DNA of 64,000 nucleotides, from the IMG/VR virus record IMGVR_UViG_2821032209_000001, positions 484 to 64,483 of that record; one strand, written 5' to 3'. A model generated the notes under the pieces. The model saw only the letters and a program-made list of their open reading frames with translations. It was not told where the DNA came from and ran no database searches. This document shows, in pieces, positions 26,471-36,577 of this stretch. The DNA is from a virus. Taxonomy: Duplodnaviria > Caudoviricetes. A program made the translations under genes and the position numbers. Every line of letters begins with the position of its first letter. Positions within the stretch are counted from its first letter, which is position 1.

Positions 26471-27337
26471 ATGAATTTATTAGATTGGCAAGTGCCAGCG
26501 AATGATAACGAGCGTCGCTGTGAACAGTGCGATGCCCTGTTGGATGGGCCATCATCAAAACGGTATTGTGGGAAAGCATGTTCGTCGAAGGCCTATCGGC
26601 TTCGCGATAAAGAGAACGGCAAGCATCCCAATGACGGCGCACCAGAGCATGTTTGCGAGCATTGCGGCGATTCATTCAGACGAAGGAAAGATAAGAATAA
26701 CGCGGCGCGCTTCTGTTCACGAGAATGCGGGTTTGCAGCAGGTTCCAACCTGTCTGTAAGGCAGCGATACGCCGAAGCCATATCATCGCTGCAAGTATCA
26801 TTCACTGTAAAGCGTAGCATATGCAGTGAGTGCGGCAAGCGTTTCGATACGCAGAACATTTCAGTATCATTCTGTTCCCAAGAGTGCCGGGGCAATTGGG
26901 CAAGAAGCCGCGCTATTCAAGCACGATCGGTGCGAGTTGACATAGACCGAAGCGAGCGAGAGTGCCCGGAGTGCGGTAAGAGGTTCATCCCTGAATACGG
27001 TAGAGCGCACGCCAAATATTGTTCGGACAAGTGCTCATGGAAAAACAACAAGCGACGGAGCAAGGCACGCCGTAGAGCCAGAACAAGAGGTGCGACCAAC
27101 GACAACTTCGATCCAATCGAAATATTAAAGCGCGATCGTTGGCGCTGCCAGCTTTGCGGAACGAAGACGCCGCGACGTCTGCGCGGATCGACAGATCCCC
27201 GGGCTCCGGAGTTGGACCACATTATTCCGCTGGCGATGGGCGGAAGCCATACACGCGCGAACACTCAATGTGCATGCAGGCAATGCAATGGGGCTAAAGG
27301 CGCAAAAATTGCAGGGCAGATGAGATTGTTCGGATAG
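26471..27337 (+). CDS. HNH endonuclease with multiple Zn-finger repeats
   Basis: Four C-x2-C...(Y/F)CS-x2-C repeats; RDRWRCQLC...ELDHIIPLAMGG...NTQCACRQCN. Confidence 0.85.
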   Translation: MNLLDWQVPANDNERRCEQCDALLDGPSSKRYCGKACSSKAYRLRDKENGKHPNDGAPEHVCEHCGDSFRRRKDKNNAARFCSRECGFAAGSNLSVRQRYAEAISSLQVSFTVKRSICSECGKRFDTQNISVSFCSQECRGNWARSRAIQARSVRVDIDRSERECPECGKRFIPEYGRAHAKYCSDKCSWKNNKRRSKARRRARTRGATNDNFDPIEILKRDRWRCQLCGTKTPRRLRGSTDPRAPELDHIIPLAMGGSHTRANTQCACRQCNGAKGAKIAGQMRLFG

Positions 27338-27433
27338 GCCATGGGGGCCTTCGAAGTCTGGGCTTCCCTCCTCCCGGACCGTCGGGGGAATCGACTTATA
27401 GCGCTAATACAGTTTTTTCTATGAGGACATTCT
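27338..27433 (+). other. Probable cos (packaging) region
   Basis: Intergenic gap between HNH and terS containing a GGGGG tract, the usual cos position in HK97-like phages; exact cut not determinable. Confidence 0.35.
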
Positions 27434-27898
27434 ATGGCCAAGCGTAAGGCGCGTATTGATAGCGCCACTGAGGCCGTGCGCGTGATGTCGAAGGCAATGG
27501 CTGAAATTCAGGCGCCAGAAAACGTGCCGCTAGACAAGGCTGATCTGCCTTTTTTCAACAACGTTATTGCCGAATACGCCCGGTCTGAGTGGACATCACA
27601 TCAGCTCGAGATCGCAGCAATGCTCGCGCGCACAATGGCCGATCTGGTTCGGGAGCAAGCATTACTGCGAAACGAGGGCGGAATAGCCTACTCGGAAAAG
27701 GGAACTCCGGTGGCCAATCCGCGAAAGAGTATCGTTCAGATGCATGCATCTTCGATCCTCTCATTTAGGCGATCGCTGTCTCTTCACGCGCGTGCGCAAG
27801 CGGGAGAGGCAAGAGACGTTGCCAAACGTAGAGGCGCGGCAAAAGAGATCGAGAGTGACAACCCACTTGGTGATGGCTTGTTAGCTACGCCGGATTGA
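27434..27898 (+). CDS. Terminase small subunit (P27-like)
   Basis: KGTPVANP motif; directly upstream of terL. Confidence 0.8.
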   Translation: MAKRKARIDSATEAVRVMSKAMAEIQAPENVPLDKADLPFFNNVIAEYARSEWTSHQLEIAAMLARTMADLVREQALLRNEGGIAYSEKGTPVANPRKSIVQMHASSILSFRRSLSLHARAQAGEARDVAKRRGAAKEIESDNPLGDGLLATPD

Positions 27899-27903
27899 AG
27901 TGA

Positions 27904-29478
27904 ATGGCAAAAAAGAAGCTGACGCGCGGTGAAAGTGTAATATCTTTTATCGAGCGATATTGCATTGTCCCCGAAGGGACACTGCTGGGAAAGCCGGTTA
28001 AACTCCTTCAATTTCAGAAGCGTTTTATTCTTGACGTTTACGACAACTCTCAAGGAACCTCGCGCGCTTACCTGTCGATTGCCAGAAAGAACGGCAAGAC
28101 GGCAATTATTGCTTGTTTGCTTCTGGCTCACATCGTGGGCCCAGAAGCTTATAAGAATAGCCGCATTATTTCTGGCGCCAGATCCAGAAAGCAGGCCGCT
28201 GAGGTTTTTAATTATGCATCCAAAATGGTCTGGATGTCGCCAGTCCTCAGTAAGCTAGCCAAATGCGTTCCGTCGAGTAAAACCATTCTTGGATATGCCA
28301 AGAATGTCGAATATCAGGCTATTTCTGCCGAAGCCGCCACGGCTCACGGCGGGTCGCCAATTCTGGCTATCCTCGATGAGGTCGGGCAGGTTAAGGGTCC
28401 GACAGATAGCTTTGTCGAGGCCATAGAAACTTCGCAGGGGGCATATGAAGGAAAGGCGTTATTAATCGCCATTTCCACGCAGGCTGCCACAGATAACGAT
28501 CTATTTAGCCGATGGATTGACGATGCGGAGAAGTCAAGAGACCCGCGCATTGTCAGCCATGTCTATACGGCGTCGAAGGACTGCAACCTTCTCGATGAGA
28601 AGGAATGGGCCGCAGCCAACCCCGCACTCGGAATATTTAAAGCTGTCAGTGACGTCAGAGACTTTGCGGCCAGAGCGTCGCGCGCTCCTGACGTTGAAAA
28701 CAGCTTTCGGTGGCTGCACCTGAATCAGCGCATCGATGCTTCGGCGCCTCTGGTTTCGCCGGCGATATGGCGCGCATGTAATGCGCCAGTGGACGATTTT
28801 GGTGATGCGCCGGTTTTTGGCGGTCTCGATCTGTCGGAAGTATCCGATTTGACTTCCCTGGTGCTGATGGCGCCAAAATTCGCGGACGGTGAAACGGTTT
28901 GGCATGTGAAGCCAACGTTCTGGCTGCCTGGTGATGGCCTTTTTGATAGGGCGAAGGCCGATAGAGTACCGTATGACGTTTGGCACAAACAGGGCTTTCT
29001 GGAAACGACGCCGGGACCGACGATTGATTATGAGTATGTCGCCGTAAAGCTGAAAGGCTTTTTCGACGAATACAACATCAAGAAAATCGCCTTTGATAGA
29101 TGGCGCTGGCGGCATTTAAAACCTTGGCTTTCCAAGGTCGGGTTTGAAGATGACCAGTTAGAGGGCGATGCAGCGGTATTTGAGCCGTTTGGGCAGGGAT
29201 ATGCGTCTATGACGCCCGCGTTGCATGATTTGGTTGGCCACATTCTGAATAAGCGCATTGCACATGGCGATCATCCGCTGCTGACGTCCTGCATGTTAAA
29301 CACGGCCGTCAAGATGGACCCGTCGGGCAATAAGAAGCTGGATAAAAGCAAGGCACGCGGGCGCATTGATGGTGCTGTGGCGCTCGCGATGGCGACAGCA
29401 ATGGCTGGTACCTATGAAGGCTTGGCCACAGCCGACATCGACGACTTCGTCAACAACATGATCACTATAACCTGGTAG
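27904..29478 (+). CDS. Terminase large subunit (Terminase_1 family)
   Basis: IARKNGKT, ILDE, ISTQ, GGLDLS, RIDGAVA. Confidence 0.95.
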   Translation: MAKKKLTRGESVISFIERYCIVPEGTLLGKPVKLLQFQKRFILDVYDNSQGTSRAYLSIARKNGKTAIIACLLLAHIVGPEAYKNSRIISGARSRKQAAEVFNYASKMVWMSPVLSKLAKCVPSSKTILGYAKNVEYQAISAEAATAHGGSPILAILDEVGQVKGPTDSFVEAIETSQGAYEGKALLIAISTQAATDNDLFSRWIDDAEKSRDPRIVSHVYTASKDCNLLDEKEWAAANPALGIFKAVSDVRDFAARASRAPDVENSFRWLHLNQRIDASAPLVSPAIWRACNAPVDDFGDAPVFGGLDLSEVSDLTSLVLMAPKFADGETVWHVKPTFWLPGDGLFDRAKADRVPYDVWHKQGFLETTPGPTIDYEYVAVKLKGFFDEYNIKKIAFDRWRWRHLKPWLSKVGFEDDQLEGDAAVFEPFGQGYASMTPALHDLVGHILNKRIAHGDHPLLTSCMLNTAVKMDPSGNKKLDKSKARGRIDGAVALAMATAMAGTYEGLATADIDDFVNNMITITW

Positions 29479-29486
29479 GAGTGCCC

Positions 29487-30725
29487 ATGGGCCTTTTGAC
29501 TTGGGTGGGGAAGCCTTTCGGGCTTCTTTCCGGCCCATGGCGCGCATTCTTTGGAATGTCGACCACAAGCGGCGAGACGGTCACCTATGAACACGCGATG
29601 CAGCTTGATGCTGTCTGGGCGTGTGTGAACCTGATTTCAAATGCCGTGAAGACGCTGCCCTGTAATGTCTACAAGGGCGATGGCGTTGACGTCGACCGCG
29701 AGAATCCGCTGTACGAACTCCTGCACGACCTGCCGAACCTGGACGACAGTGCATCTGATTTCTGGGGAATGGCAGCTCTCTGCCTCTGCCTTGATGGCAA
29801 TTTCTTCGCAGAAAAGAAGAAAAACGGCGGTCGGCTGGTAGCGTTGAACCCGTTCAATCCGCTTTGCGTCGACGTAAAGCGCGATGATCGGAACAACCGC
29901 TACTACGAAGTCACCGAGCAGTACAAAAACGGCAAGAAGGGCGGCGTTCGCAAAATCCGCGAAGAAGATATGCTTCACGTCCGCGGGTTGGTCATGCCTG
30001 GTTGTGATCGTGGGCTTTCGCCAATTGCCGCACAGCGCAATGTGATAGGTAACGCCATGGCCGGCGAGAAGACGTCGGGCCGTATGTTCAAGAACGGCAT
30101 GATGGCTTCGGTCGTCTTGTCGTCGGATCAGGTTCTGAAAGCCGATCAGCGCAAGCAGATCGCGGAATCGTTACAGGCATTTGCCGGTGCCGACAAGGCT
30201 GGAGGGATCGCGGTACTTGAGGCGGGTTTAACCCCGTCGCAAATCACCATCAACCCGAAAGATGCGCAGATGCTTGAGACGCGGCAGTACAGCGTCGAGC
30301 AGATCTGCCGCATTTTTGGCGTTCCGCCGGTCATGATTGGCCATGCTGCAAACGGCACGACGACATGGGGGAGCGGGATCGAGCAATTGATCCTGCAGTT
30401 CACCAAGACATGCCTCACGCCCATGCTCAGAAGCATTGAATCGGCAATCTACCGCGACTTGCTTGATGCAAAGACCCGCAAAACGTCCGTCGTGAAGTTC
30501 AATATGGAAGGCCTGCTGCGCGGCGATAGCCAGGCGAGGGCGGAGTTCCTGCAGAAGATGGTCCAGAACGGCATCTACACGCCGAACGAGGCCAGAGCTT
30601 ACGAGAACAAGCCAAAGATGGATGGCGGCGACGAATTGATCGTCAATGGCACCATGCAGCCTCTGTCCATGGTCGGACATAACGGCGGGCCTCCGCTGGA
30701 CGATACACAGCCAAGCGCTGGATAA
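29487..30725 (+). CDS. HK97-family portal protein
   Basis: AVWACVNLIS, GLSPI, ICRIFGVPP, LLRGD, TPNEAR. Confidence 0.95.
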   Translation: MGLLTWVGKPFGLLSGPWRAFFGMSTTSGETVTYEHAMQLDAVWACVNLISNAVKTLPCNVYKGDGVDVDRENPLYELLHDLPNLDDSASDFWGMAALCLCLDGNFFAEKKKNGGRLVALNPFNPLCVDVKRDDRNNRYYEVTEQYKNGKKGGVRKIREEDMLHVRGLVMPGCDRGLSPIAAQRNVIGNAMAGEKTSGRMFKNGMMASVVLSSDQVLKADQRKQIAESLQAFAGADKAGGIAVLEAGLTPSQITINPKDAQMLETRQYSVEQICRIFGVPPVMIGHAANGTTTWGSGIEQLILQFTKTCLTPMLRSIESAIYRDLLDAKTRKTSVVKFNMEGLLRGDSQARAEFLQKMVQNGIYTPNEARAYENKPKMDGGDELIVNGTMQPLSMVGHNGGPPLDDTQPSAG

Positions 30726-30734
30726 GGGAAATTC

Positions 30735-31856
30735 ATGAAATTCGAACACATTTTGACGGCCTTCGAGGCCGAACCGTGGGCGATTCAGCGCGAAAAACTA
30801 GCCGTTTTGGCTGATGTTCTTGCGGCACGTGTGGCGGGCGACAAGCTCGTCACGCCTGAATTTGCAGCGGCTGTTTCTGATGCTCGCGCAAAGGAAATCG
30901 CTGAAGTTGACGGCAAGGTCGCCGTGATCCCGGTTTACGGCGTATTGGCCGACCGAATGGACCTGTTTTCCGCGATGAGCGGCGGCACATCTTATGCCGG
31001 CATCAAGCGCCAGCTGCATAAGGCACTGTCCAACGAGGATGTGAAGGCCGTTGTTCTTGATATTGATAGTCCTGGCGGCTCGGTACCGGGCACGGACGAA
31101 CTCGCAACGGAAATTCGCAAATTGCGAGGCGGTGAAAAACCGATCATAGCGCAGGTCAACTCGCTGGCTGCGAGCGCCGCCTACTGGATTGCGTCATCTG
31201 CCGACGAAATCGTTGTCACGCCGTCCGGGCGTGCAGGGTCGATCGGTGTTTATACGGCGCACGACGATATCTCTGCCGCGTTGGAAAAGGCTGGCGTCAA
31301 GCGCACCTACATTTCGGCAGGCAAGCACAAGGTGGAAGGCAACGAAACCGAACCGCTCGGAAAGGACACACTGGCCTACATTCAGGACAGCGTAAATCGC
31401 TCCTATGGCCGGTTTTTGCAGAGCGTTGCCGATGGGCGGGGCATTACGAAATCTAAAGTCGAAGACGGATTTGGTCAGGGGAGGGTGTTCTATGCAGAAG
31501 CGCTCATGGACAGAGGAATGGCAGACCGTATTGCCACACTTGACGAGACCTTGGCCCGACTGGGCGCGAACACCGAGCCGGAATATGTCCGCCGCGTAAA
31601 GGCTTCGAACGCCGCAAAGGCAGAAGCAGCGCAGGCACTGGCCAACAAGATTGCCTCCGGCGAAGAAATCACAAAACGCGAATTCGAGAACGGCATGAAG
31701 GGTCTTCTTGGTCTTTCGAATTCGGAGGCAGAGCGGGCCGCTCGGCTCTACCTCAAGTCTGATCAGGGGGCTCCTGATGACGAGACGGATGCTGCTGCTT
31801 TGGCAGCCTTAAACCGGCTTTTGGCCGAAGCAAACACACCACTCTTGAAGAAATAG
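30735..31856 (+). CDS. S49 (SppA-type) prohead protease
   Basis: LDIDSPGG, AASAAYWIAS, GSIGV. Confidence 0.92.
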   Translation: MKFEHILTAFEAEPWAIQREKLAVLADVLAARVAGDKLVTPEFAAAVSDARAKEIAEVDGKVAVIPVYGVLADRMDLFSAMSGGTSYAGIKRQLHKALSNEDVKAVVLDIDSPGGSVPGTDELATEIRKLRGGEKPIIAQVNSLAASAAYWIASSADEIVVTPSGRAGSIGVYTAHDDISAALEKAGVKRTYISAGKHKVEGNETEPLGKDTLAYIQDSVNRSYGRFLQSVADGRGITKSKVEDGFGQGRVFYAEALMDRGMADRIATLDETLARLGANTEPEYVRRVKASNAAKAEAAQALANKIASGEEITKREFENGMKGLLGLSNSEAERAARLYLKSDQGAPDDETDAAALAALNRLLAEANTPLLKK

Positions 31857-31865
31857 GAGCCACTC

Positions 31866-33077
31866 ATGGCTGAACTAGCAGAACGCATTGGCGAGCTGGG
31901 AGCTTCGCTCGCCTCCATTAAAGAGCAGGTCGGCAATCTCGCGACCGATTTCACCACGCAGCTCCAGCAGCACGGAACTGTTTCCACCGAGCTGACCAGC
32001 AAAGTCGATAAAGCATTGTCCGAGCTTGGCGACACCACGACCCGCATTAGCGAACTGGAAAAGCGCGCCGCTCGGGAGCGCGATGATGTCGCCCATGGTC
32101 CACAGGATGTCGGCGATATCGTCGTGGCATCTGAGAAATTCCAGTCGACCGACGTATCCGGCGCATGGCGCGGTTCGATCCGAGTTGGCATGGAGCGCGC
32201 TGACATTACGTCCGGCAATACCACGGTTGGCGCCGGCCGTTCGGCGGGTACCTCTCTTGTCCCAGGGCAGCGCGTGCCAGGCATCATTGCCCCGCCTAAT
32301 CGCCAGCTGACGATCCGCGATCTTATTGCACCGGGCCAGACCTCGGCCGCAAGTGTCGAATTCGTCAAGGAAACCGGCTTTACGAACAGCGCGGCTCCAG
32401 TCGCAGAAGGCACGCAGAAGCCGAAGTCTGACCTGACCTTTGATATGGAAACCACGCCTGTTCGCACGCTGGCCCATATCTTCAAGGCAAGCCGTCAGAT
32501 CCTCGACGACGCTCCGGGCCTTGCGAGCTATATCAATGCTCGCGGCACGTACGGGCTCAAGTTCGTTGAAGAAGGCCAGCTTCTGAACGGTGACGGCACC
32601 GGTCAGAACCTGCACGGCATTCTCCCGCAAGCATCGGCCTTCACCCCGGCTTTTGAGCCAGAAAACGAGACGGCGATTGACCGCCTCCGACTGGCAATCC
32701 TGCAGGTCATTCTGGCCGAATATCCGGCGAGCGGTTTCGTTCTGCATCCAACCGATTGGACCACGATCGAGTTGACCAAGGACCTTGGCGGCAACTACAT
32801 TGTCGGCAACGCGCAGTCGCCGATCGGTCCGTCGCTGTGGAATCTGCCGGTCGTCCAGACGCAGGCAATTTCTGCTGGCAAGTTCCTGACCGGTGCGTTC
32901 AATCTCGGCGCGCAGATCTTCGACCGAATGGGCGTCGAAGTGCTTCTGTCCAGCGAGAACGACAAGGACTTCGAGAACAACATGTTCACGATCCGTATCG
33001 AAGAACGCCTCGCGCTGGCGGTTTACCGCCCAGAGGCATTCGTGACCGGCGACGTCAATCCGCCGGTAACTCCTTAA
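31866..33077 (+). CDS. HK97-fold major capsid protein
   Basis: Coiled-coil delta domain; VAEGTQKP, LLNGDGTGQNLHGI, EERLALAVYRPEAF. Confidence 0.95.
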   Translation: MAELAERIGELGASLASIKEQVGNLATDFTTQLQQHGTVSTELTSKVDKALSELGDTTTRISELEKRAARERDDVAHGPQDVGDIVVASEKFQSTDVSGAWRGSIRVGMERADITSGNTTVGAGRSAGTSLVPGQRVPGIIAPPNRQLTIRDLIAPGQTSAASVEFVKETGFTNSAAPVAEGTQKPKSDLTFDMETTPVRTLAHIFKASRQILDDAPGLASYINARGTYGLKFVEEGQLLNGDGTGQNLHGILPQASAFTPAFEPENETAIDRLRLAILQVILAEYPASGFVLHPTDWTTIELTKDLGGNYIVGNAQSPIGPSLWNLPVVQTQAISAGKFLTGAFNLGAQIFDRMGVEVLLSSENDKDFENNMFTIRIEERLALAVYRPEAFVTGDVNPPVTP

Positions 33078-33085
33078 TCGTTGAC

Positions 33086-33107
33086 GGGGCGCCTCGGCGC
33101 CCCTTTT
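33086..33107 (+). terminator. Terminator after the capsid gene
   Basis: GGGGCGCC-TC-GGCGCCCC-TTTT. Confidence 0.7.
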
Positions 33108-33119
33108 CACGAGGAAATC

Positions 33120-33353
33120 ATGAAAATCAAAGCGCTGAAAACCTTGGTCGGCAATTACGGCCGATTGGATGAAGGCATGGTCGCCGATCTGCCAAACTGG
33201 CAAGCCGGTCAGCTTCTGGCGCTTGGTTACGTCGAGAAGTTTATGGAGGTTGGCGATGGCCGACACGAAGACACGCAAACGCCGGGTGGCGAGCTACATC
33301 GGGGCGGGAATCGTCGATCCAAATCCGGCTCCCGAGCCAGAACCCGAGCCTGA
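33120..33353 (+). CDS. Small head-associated hypothetical protein
   Basis: MKIKALKT...LLALGYVE; CACGAGGA RBS. Confidence 0.55.
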   Translation: MKIKALKTLVGNYGRLDEGMVADLPNWQAGQLLALGYVEKFMEVGDGRHEDTQTPGGELHRGGNRRSKSGSRARTRA

Positions 33354-33376
33354 AACGCCGCCGGAGGGTGGTGGCG

Positions 33377-33709
33377 ATGGCACTGGTTGACCTCGAACTG
33401 CTGAAGAAACACCTTCGTGTGTTTCATGATGACGAAGATGCTGAGCTTGAAGTCTATCTGGCTGCGGCAGAGGCAATCGTCATCGAATATGTCGACCGTG
33501 AGATCGTGGCTACCGGCGCGACGCCTACCTTGCCGGATGGCATTGAGTTAACCCCGCCCATCACGGCAGCGATCTTGCTGGTCGCGGCTGATCTGTACGA
33601 GAACCGCGAACCTGACATGAAAGCCGAAGGTAATGCCGTTCTGCCGCGTCATGTTCGTGCGCTACTCGCTCCTTATCGGGTGTGGCGCACTCTTCCGGTG
33701 GAAGAATAA
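33377..33709 (+). CDS. Head-tail connector (gp6-like)
   Basis: LKKHLRV...AAILLVAADLYENRE...LLAPYR. Confidence 0.9.
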   Translation: MALVDLELLKKHLRVFHDDEDAELEVYLAAAEAIVIEYVDREIVATGATPTLPDGIELTPPITAAILLVAADLYENREPDMKAEGNAVLPRHVRALLAPYRVWRTLPVEE

Positions 33710-33749
33710 GAGAAGTGTAGCGAGAACGGCTGCACTTCTCCTGTGGCCG

Positions 33750-33962
33750 CTATTCTGGCGGCCATTCCTGACGGGTGTACCAATCATCGACGTCAGATCT
33801 TACGCGGTCTTTTTCCAATCCGTAGCGTTCCTGGATTTTACCTTCCAATTGCTCACGGCGACCGTTGATCTGATCGAGATCATCGTCAGTCAGCTTGCCC
33901 CACTGTTCTTTCACGCTTCCCTTGAACTGTTTCCAGTTACCTTCGACGCGGTTCCAATCCAT
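33750..33962 (-). CDS. CsbD/YjbJ-family general stress protein (moron)
   Basis: MDWNRVEGNWKQFKGSVKEQWGKLTDDDL...GKIQERYG. Confidence 0.9.
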   Translation of the reverse strand: MDWNRVEGNWKQFKGSVKEQWGKLTDDDLDQINGRREQLEGKIQERYGLEKDRVRSDVDDWYTRQEWPPE

Positions 33963-33999
33963 CAGAGTTCCTCCGTTAGGTTTGCAGTATCAGCCTCCT

Positions 34000-34023
34000 A
34001 ACTTCGCAGGGCGAGAAATGTTC
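34000..34023 (-). promoter_or_regulatory. Possible general-stress ECF (EcfG/RpoE2-type) promoter for csbD
   Basis: (T)GAAC-N17-GTT on the minus strand. Confidence 0.45.
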
Positions 34024-34047
34024 ATTGCGTTTTTGGCGAGGTGTTCA

Positions 34048-34248
34048 ATGCCCTGGCTCCACTTCACAGCCACTTACGACTTCATCCCCAAGCCTGCGGT
34101 GACGATCCGCTATCCGGCAGGCTACGTCGGGCTAGTGACTACGCCTTGCGCTAATCGCGCCATTGCCGCTGGCAAGGCCGAGCGCCTTCCAACTCCCACG
34201 AAAGACGAGGCCGAAGCATGGCGAAGCGCGCAGGTGCCGGCAGCCTGA
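34048..34248 (+). CDS. Small hypothetical virion-region protein
   Basis: GAGG RBS; MPWLHFTATYDF...AIAAGKAE. Confidence 0.55.
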   Translation: MPWLHFTATYDFIPKPAVTIRYPAGYVGLVTTPCANRAIAAGKAERLPTPTKDEAEAWRSAQVPAA

Positions 34249-34595
34249 ACTGTCGTTTGACGTTTCAGGTTCGGCAGGACGTGGATGATGGTTTCGGCGG
34301 TACGCGCGGCGAATGGGTTGACCAATTCACCGTGCAGGGAAGGCTGGAACCACGTTACGGCAGCAATGCCGAGAGCGTTATGGCGGCGCGAATGCAGTCC
34401 ATGCAGCCGTACAATCTGACCATTCGCAGTAGCACCGAGGCAAGGCAGATTACGGCGTCTTGGCGAGTATACGATGTGCGAGCGGGGAAGACTGGGGACA
34501 AGCCGAACCGCGTGTTTGGCATCAAAACCGCCGTCAATCCCGACGAACGTGGGCAGTACATTGAGATGCTGGTGATTGAAGGCGAGGAAACGTGA
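34218..34595 (+). CDS. Head closure / head-tail adaptor
   Basis: AGSLNCRLTFQ...DDGFGG...W motif. Confidence 0.85.
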   Translation: MAKRAGAGSLNCRLTFQVRQDVDDGFGGTRGEWVDQFTVQGRLEPRYGSNAESVMAARMQSMQPYNLTIRSSTEARQITASWRVYDVRAGKTGDKPNRVFGIKTAVNPDERGQYIEMLVIEGEET

Positions 34596-35059
34596 TGGCG
34601 GTAAAGATCAAAGGTCTGGATCGCCTGCAGATAAAGCTCAAGAAATTCCCGGAAGTTGCTGAAACACTTGTCAAAGCCGCTATGGAGCAAGGCGCGCAGG
34701 AAATCGTCAACATGATGCAAAACTTGGTTCCCGTCGATGATGGCGAGCTAATGGAAAGCATCGGCTGGACGTGGGGTAAGGCTCCAAAATACAGCCAGCG
34801 CATTGGCAGTGTAAAGTCGAATGACGGGAAGTTGACAATCACGATTTACGCCGGCAATTCCAAAGTTCGTTACGCGCATCTGGTCGAGTTCGGCAGCGCT
34901 CCGCACGTGAATGGCGGCATGTATCCCGGCACTTTTAATCCCGGCGCCAAGGCGCAGCCGTTTTTCTACGTTTCTTGGCGAGCCAAGCGACGTAGCGCTA
35001 GGGCCCGAGTGTCTCGCGCTATCACCAAGGCAGCCAAACAGATTGCGGCGGATCGCTAA
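34595..35059 (+). CDS. HK97 gp10-family neck protein
   Basis: PVDDGELMESI, YAHLVEFG, AQPFF. Confidence 0.88.
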   Translation: MAVKIKGLDRLQIKLKKFPEVAETLVKAAMEQGAQEIVNMMQNLVPVDDGELMESIGWTWGKAPKYSQRIGSVKSNDGKLTITIYAGNSKVRYAHLVEFGSAPHVNGGMYPGTFNPGAKAQPFFYVSWRAKRRSARARVSRAITKAAKQIAADR

Positions 35060-35475
35060 TGGACCCGGTTTTAGAACTTCAGGGCGCAATTATTCAACGC
35101 TTGCGAAGCTTTCCCGCGCTTGTCTCGCTGATTGGTCAGCGTAGCTACGATAACCCGCCGACAAATGATCAGGGGCAGGTTTCGCCCTCTATCTTTCCTT
35201 ACGTCAGCATCGGTGCGTCGAGCGCGCAGCAGATAGATGCCGACTGTATTTTCGCTGACGATATCATTTTCCAGCTGGATGTCTGGTCGATTGAGCCAGC
35301 CAAAAAGCAGATGCGCGACGTCGCAAACGCAGTGCGTCTCGCAACACGAGGGTGGGAGCCTGTTTTGACAGCTAATGCCCTCGTGACATTCGAATATTGG
35401 CGAACTGACTACATCCAGGACGGCGCAATCAACCACGCGTCGATCCGCTACACGGCGATCATCGAGCAGCCCTAG
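35059..35475 (+). CDS. Tail terminator (DUF3168)
   Basis: LQGAIIQRL...FPYVSIG...QLDVWS. Confidence 0.85.
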   Translation: MDPVLELQGAIIQRLRSFPALVSLIGQRSYDNPPTNDQGQVSPSIFPYVSIGASSAQQIDADCIFADDIIFQLDVWSIEPAKKQMRDVANAVRLATRGWEPVLTANALVTFEYWRTDYIQDGAINHASIRYTAIIEQP

Positions 35476-35548
35476 GGCCTCCACGCCGATCACCCAAAAA
35501 AACTATTCATGGCCGCCATTGGGTGGCCTTTTTCGTATGGAGGCCGCA

Positions 35549-36004
35549 ATGGCTCAAGCAACTACGATCAAAGGCGGCAAAGTCCGCGTCAAGATCGGTA
35601 CAGTGGGTGTTGGCGGTGAAATCACCTACGCTGCACCTTGCGGTTTCACGCAGCGTTCTATCAGCCTGAACAAAAACCTCAATGAAGTTCCGATCCCAGA
35701 TTGTGAAGACCCCGATAAGGTCGACTGGGTTGGTCGCGACGCGGTGTCGCTTTCTATGGGGGTGAACGGCGAAGGTGTATTGGCCGCGGAGTCAGTCGAA
35801 GATTGGCTTGATGCCGCGGAATCGATTGATAGCGTCCCTGTCCAGCTTGATCTCGAGTTTCCCGCCAAGACGTACACTTACACGGGCAGAATGCACGTCG
35901 AAAGTCTCGAAATTGGCGGCAACAACGGCGAGCGCGCGACAAACAACGTTTCTATGCAATCCGACGGCGAGATGGTCCGCACTTCGACTCCGACGGCTCC
36001 ATAA
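35549..36004 (+). CDS. Major tail tube protein
   Basis: PCGFTQRSISL...IPDCEDPD...MQSDGE; position in the tail operon. Confidence 0.85.
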   Translation: MAQATTIKGGKVRVKIGTVGVGGEITYAAPCGFTQRSISLNKNLNEVPIPDCEDPDKVDWVGRDAVSLSMGVNGEGVLAAESVEDWLDAAESIDSVPVQLDLEFPAKTYTYTGRMHVESLEIGGNNGERATNNVSMQSDGEMVRTSTPTAP

Positions 36005-36444
36005 TGAGTAGAGACGCGAAAGTTGAACTCGACTGGGCGGATGGTACTTATACCTTCCGCCTTGGTTGGGGCGAATTGGAAGCGTTGCAGGAAGCTTGCG
36101 ACGCTGGTCCTTGGATCATTTTGGAGCGACTCTTCACCAAACAGTGCCGGGTTGGCGATATAGCCCACGTTATCCGGCAGGGGCTGATTGGCGGAGGATT
36201 GGAGCCGACCGACGCCACGAAGCTTGTGCGAACCTACATCGAAAAGCGCCCTCCTGCCGAGAATATCGTCTTCGCGACCATCATTCTGCAGGCGGGGATT
36301 CAAGGCGTGCCAGAGGAGCCGGTGGGGGAGCAAACGGCGGCAAATCAGACGGAGAGCAACTTGACAGTCTCCCAAACGGAAAAGTCAGATTTGCCGCGGT
36401 CTACGGCAACGGTGCGGCGCTCGGCTTCACGCCGCAAGAAGTAA
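36004..36444 (+). CDS. Tail assembly chaperone (GTA gp10-like); probable -1 frameshift extension to 36581
   Basis: WADGTYTFRLGWGELEALQE; GGGGGAG at 36324-36330 and an open -1 frame (GFTPQEVRRMSMWQF). Confidence 0.8.
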   Translation: MSRDAKVELDWADGTYTFRLGWGELEALQEACDAGPWIILERLFTKQCRVGDIAHVIRQGLIGGGLEPTDATKLVRTYIEKRPPAENIVFATIILQAGIQGVPEEPVGEQTAANQTESNLTVSQTEKSDLPRSTATVRRSASRRKK

Positions 36445-36577
36445 GACGAATGTCCATGTGGCAGTTTATGGCTGCCGTTGACGGTTACGTCAAAGCCAAC
36501 TCGACAGACGATGGCGGTCTGAGCCAGAAGGAAAAAGACGAGCTTTGGGAGTGGGTGAGCGAGGGTAGGGCGGGGTG

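Noticed and set aside
31875-33278. 467-aa antisense ORF over the capsid gene (and similar long shadow ORFs, e.g. 7723..8352, 24955..25602, 43756..44550)
   Set aside because: Mirror frames of GC-rich coding sequence with no motifs or RBS
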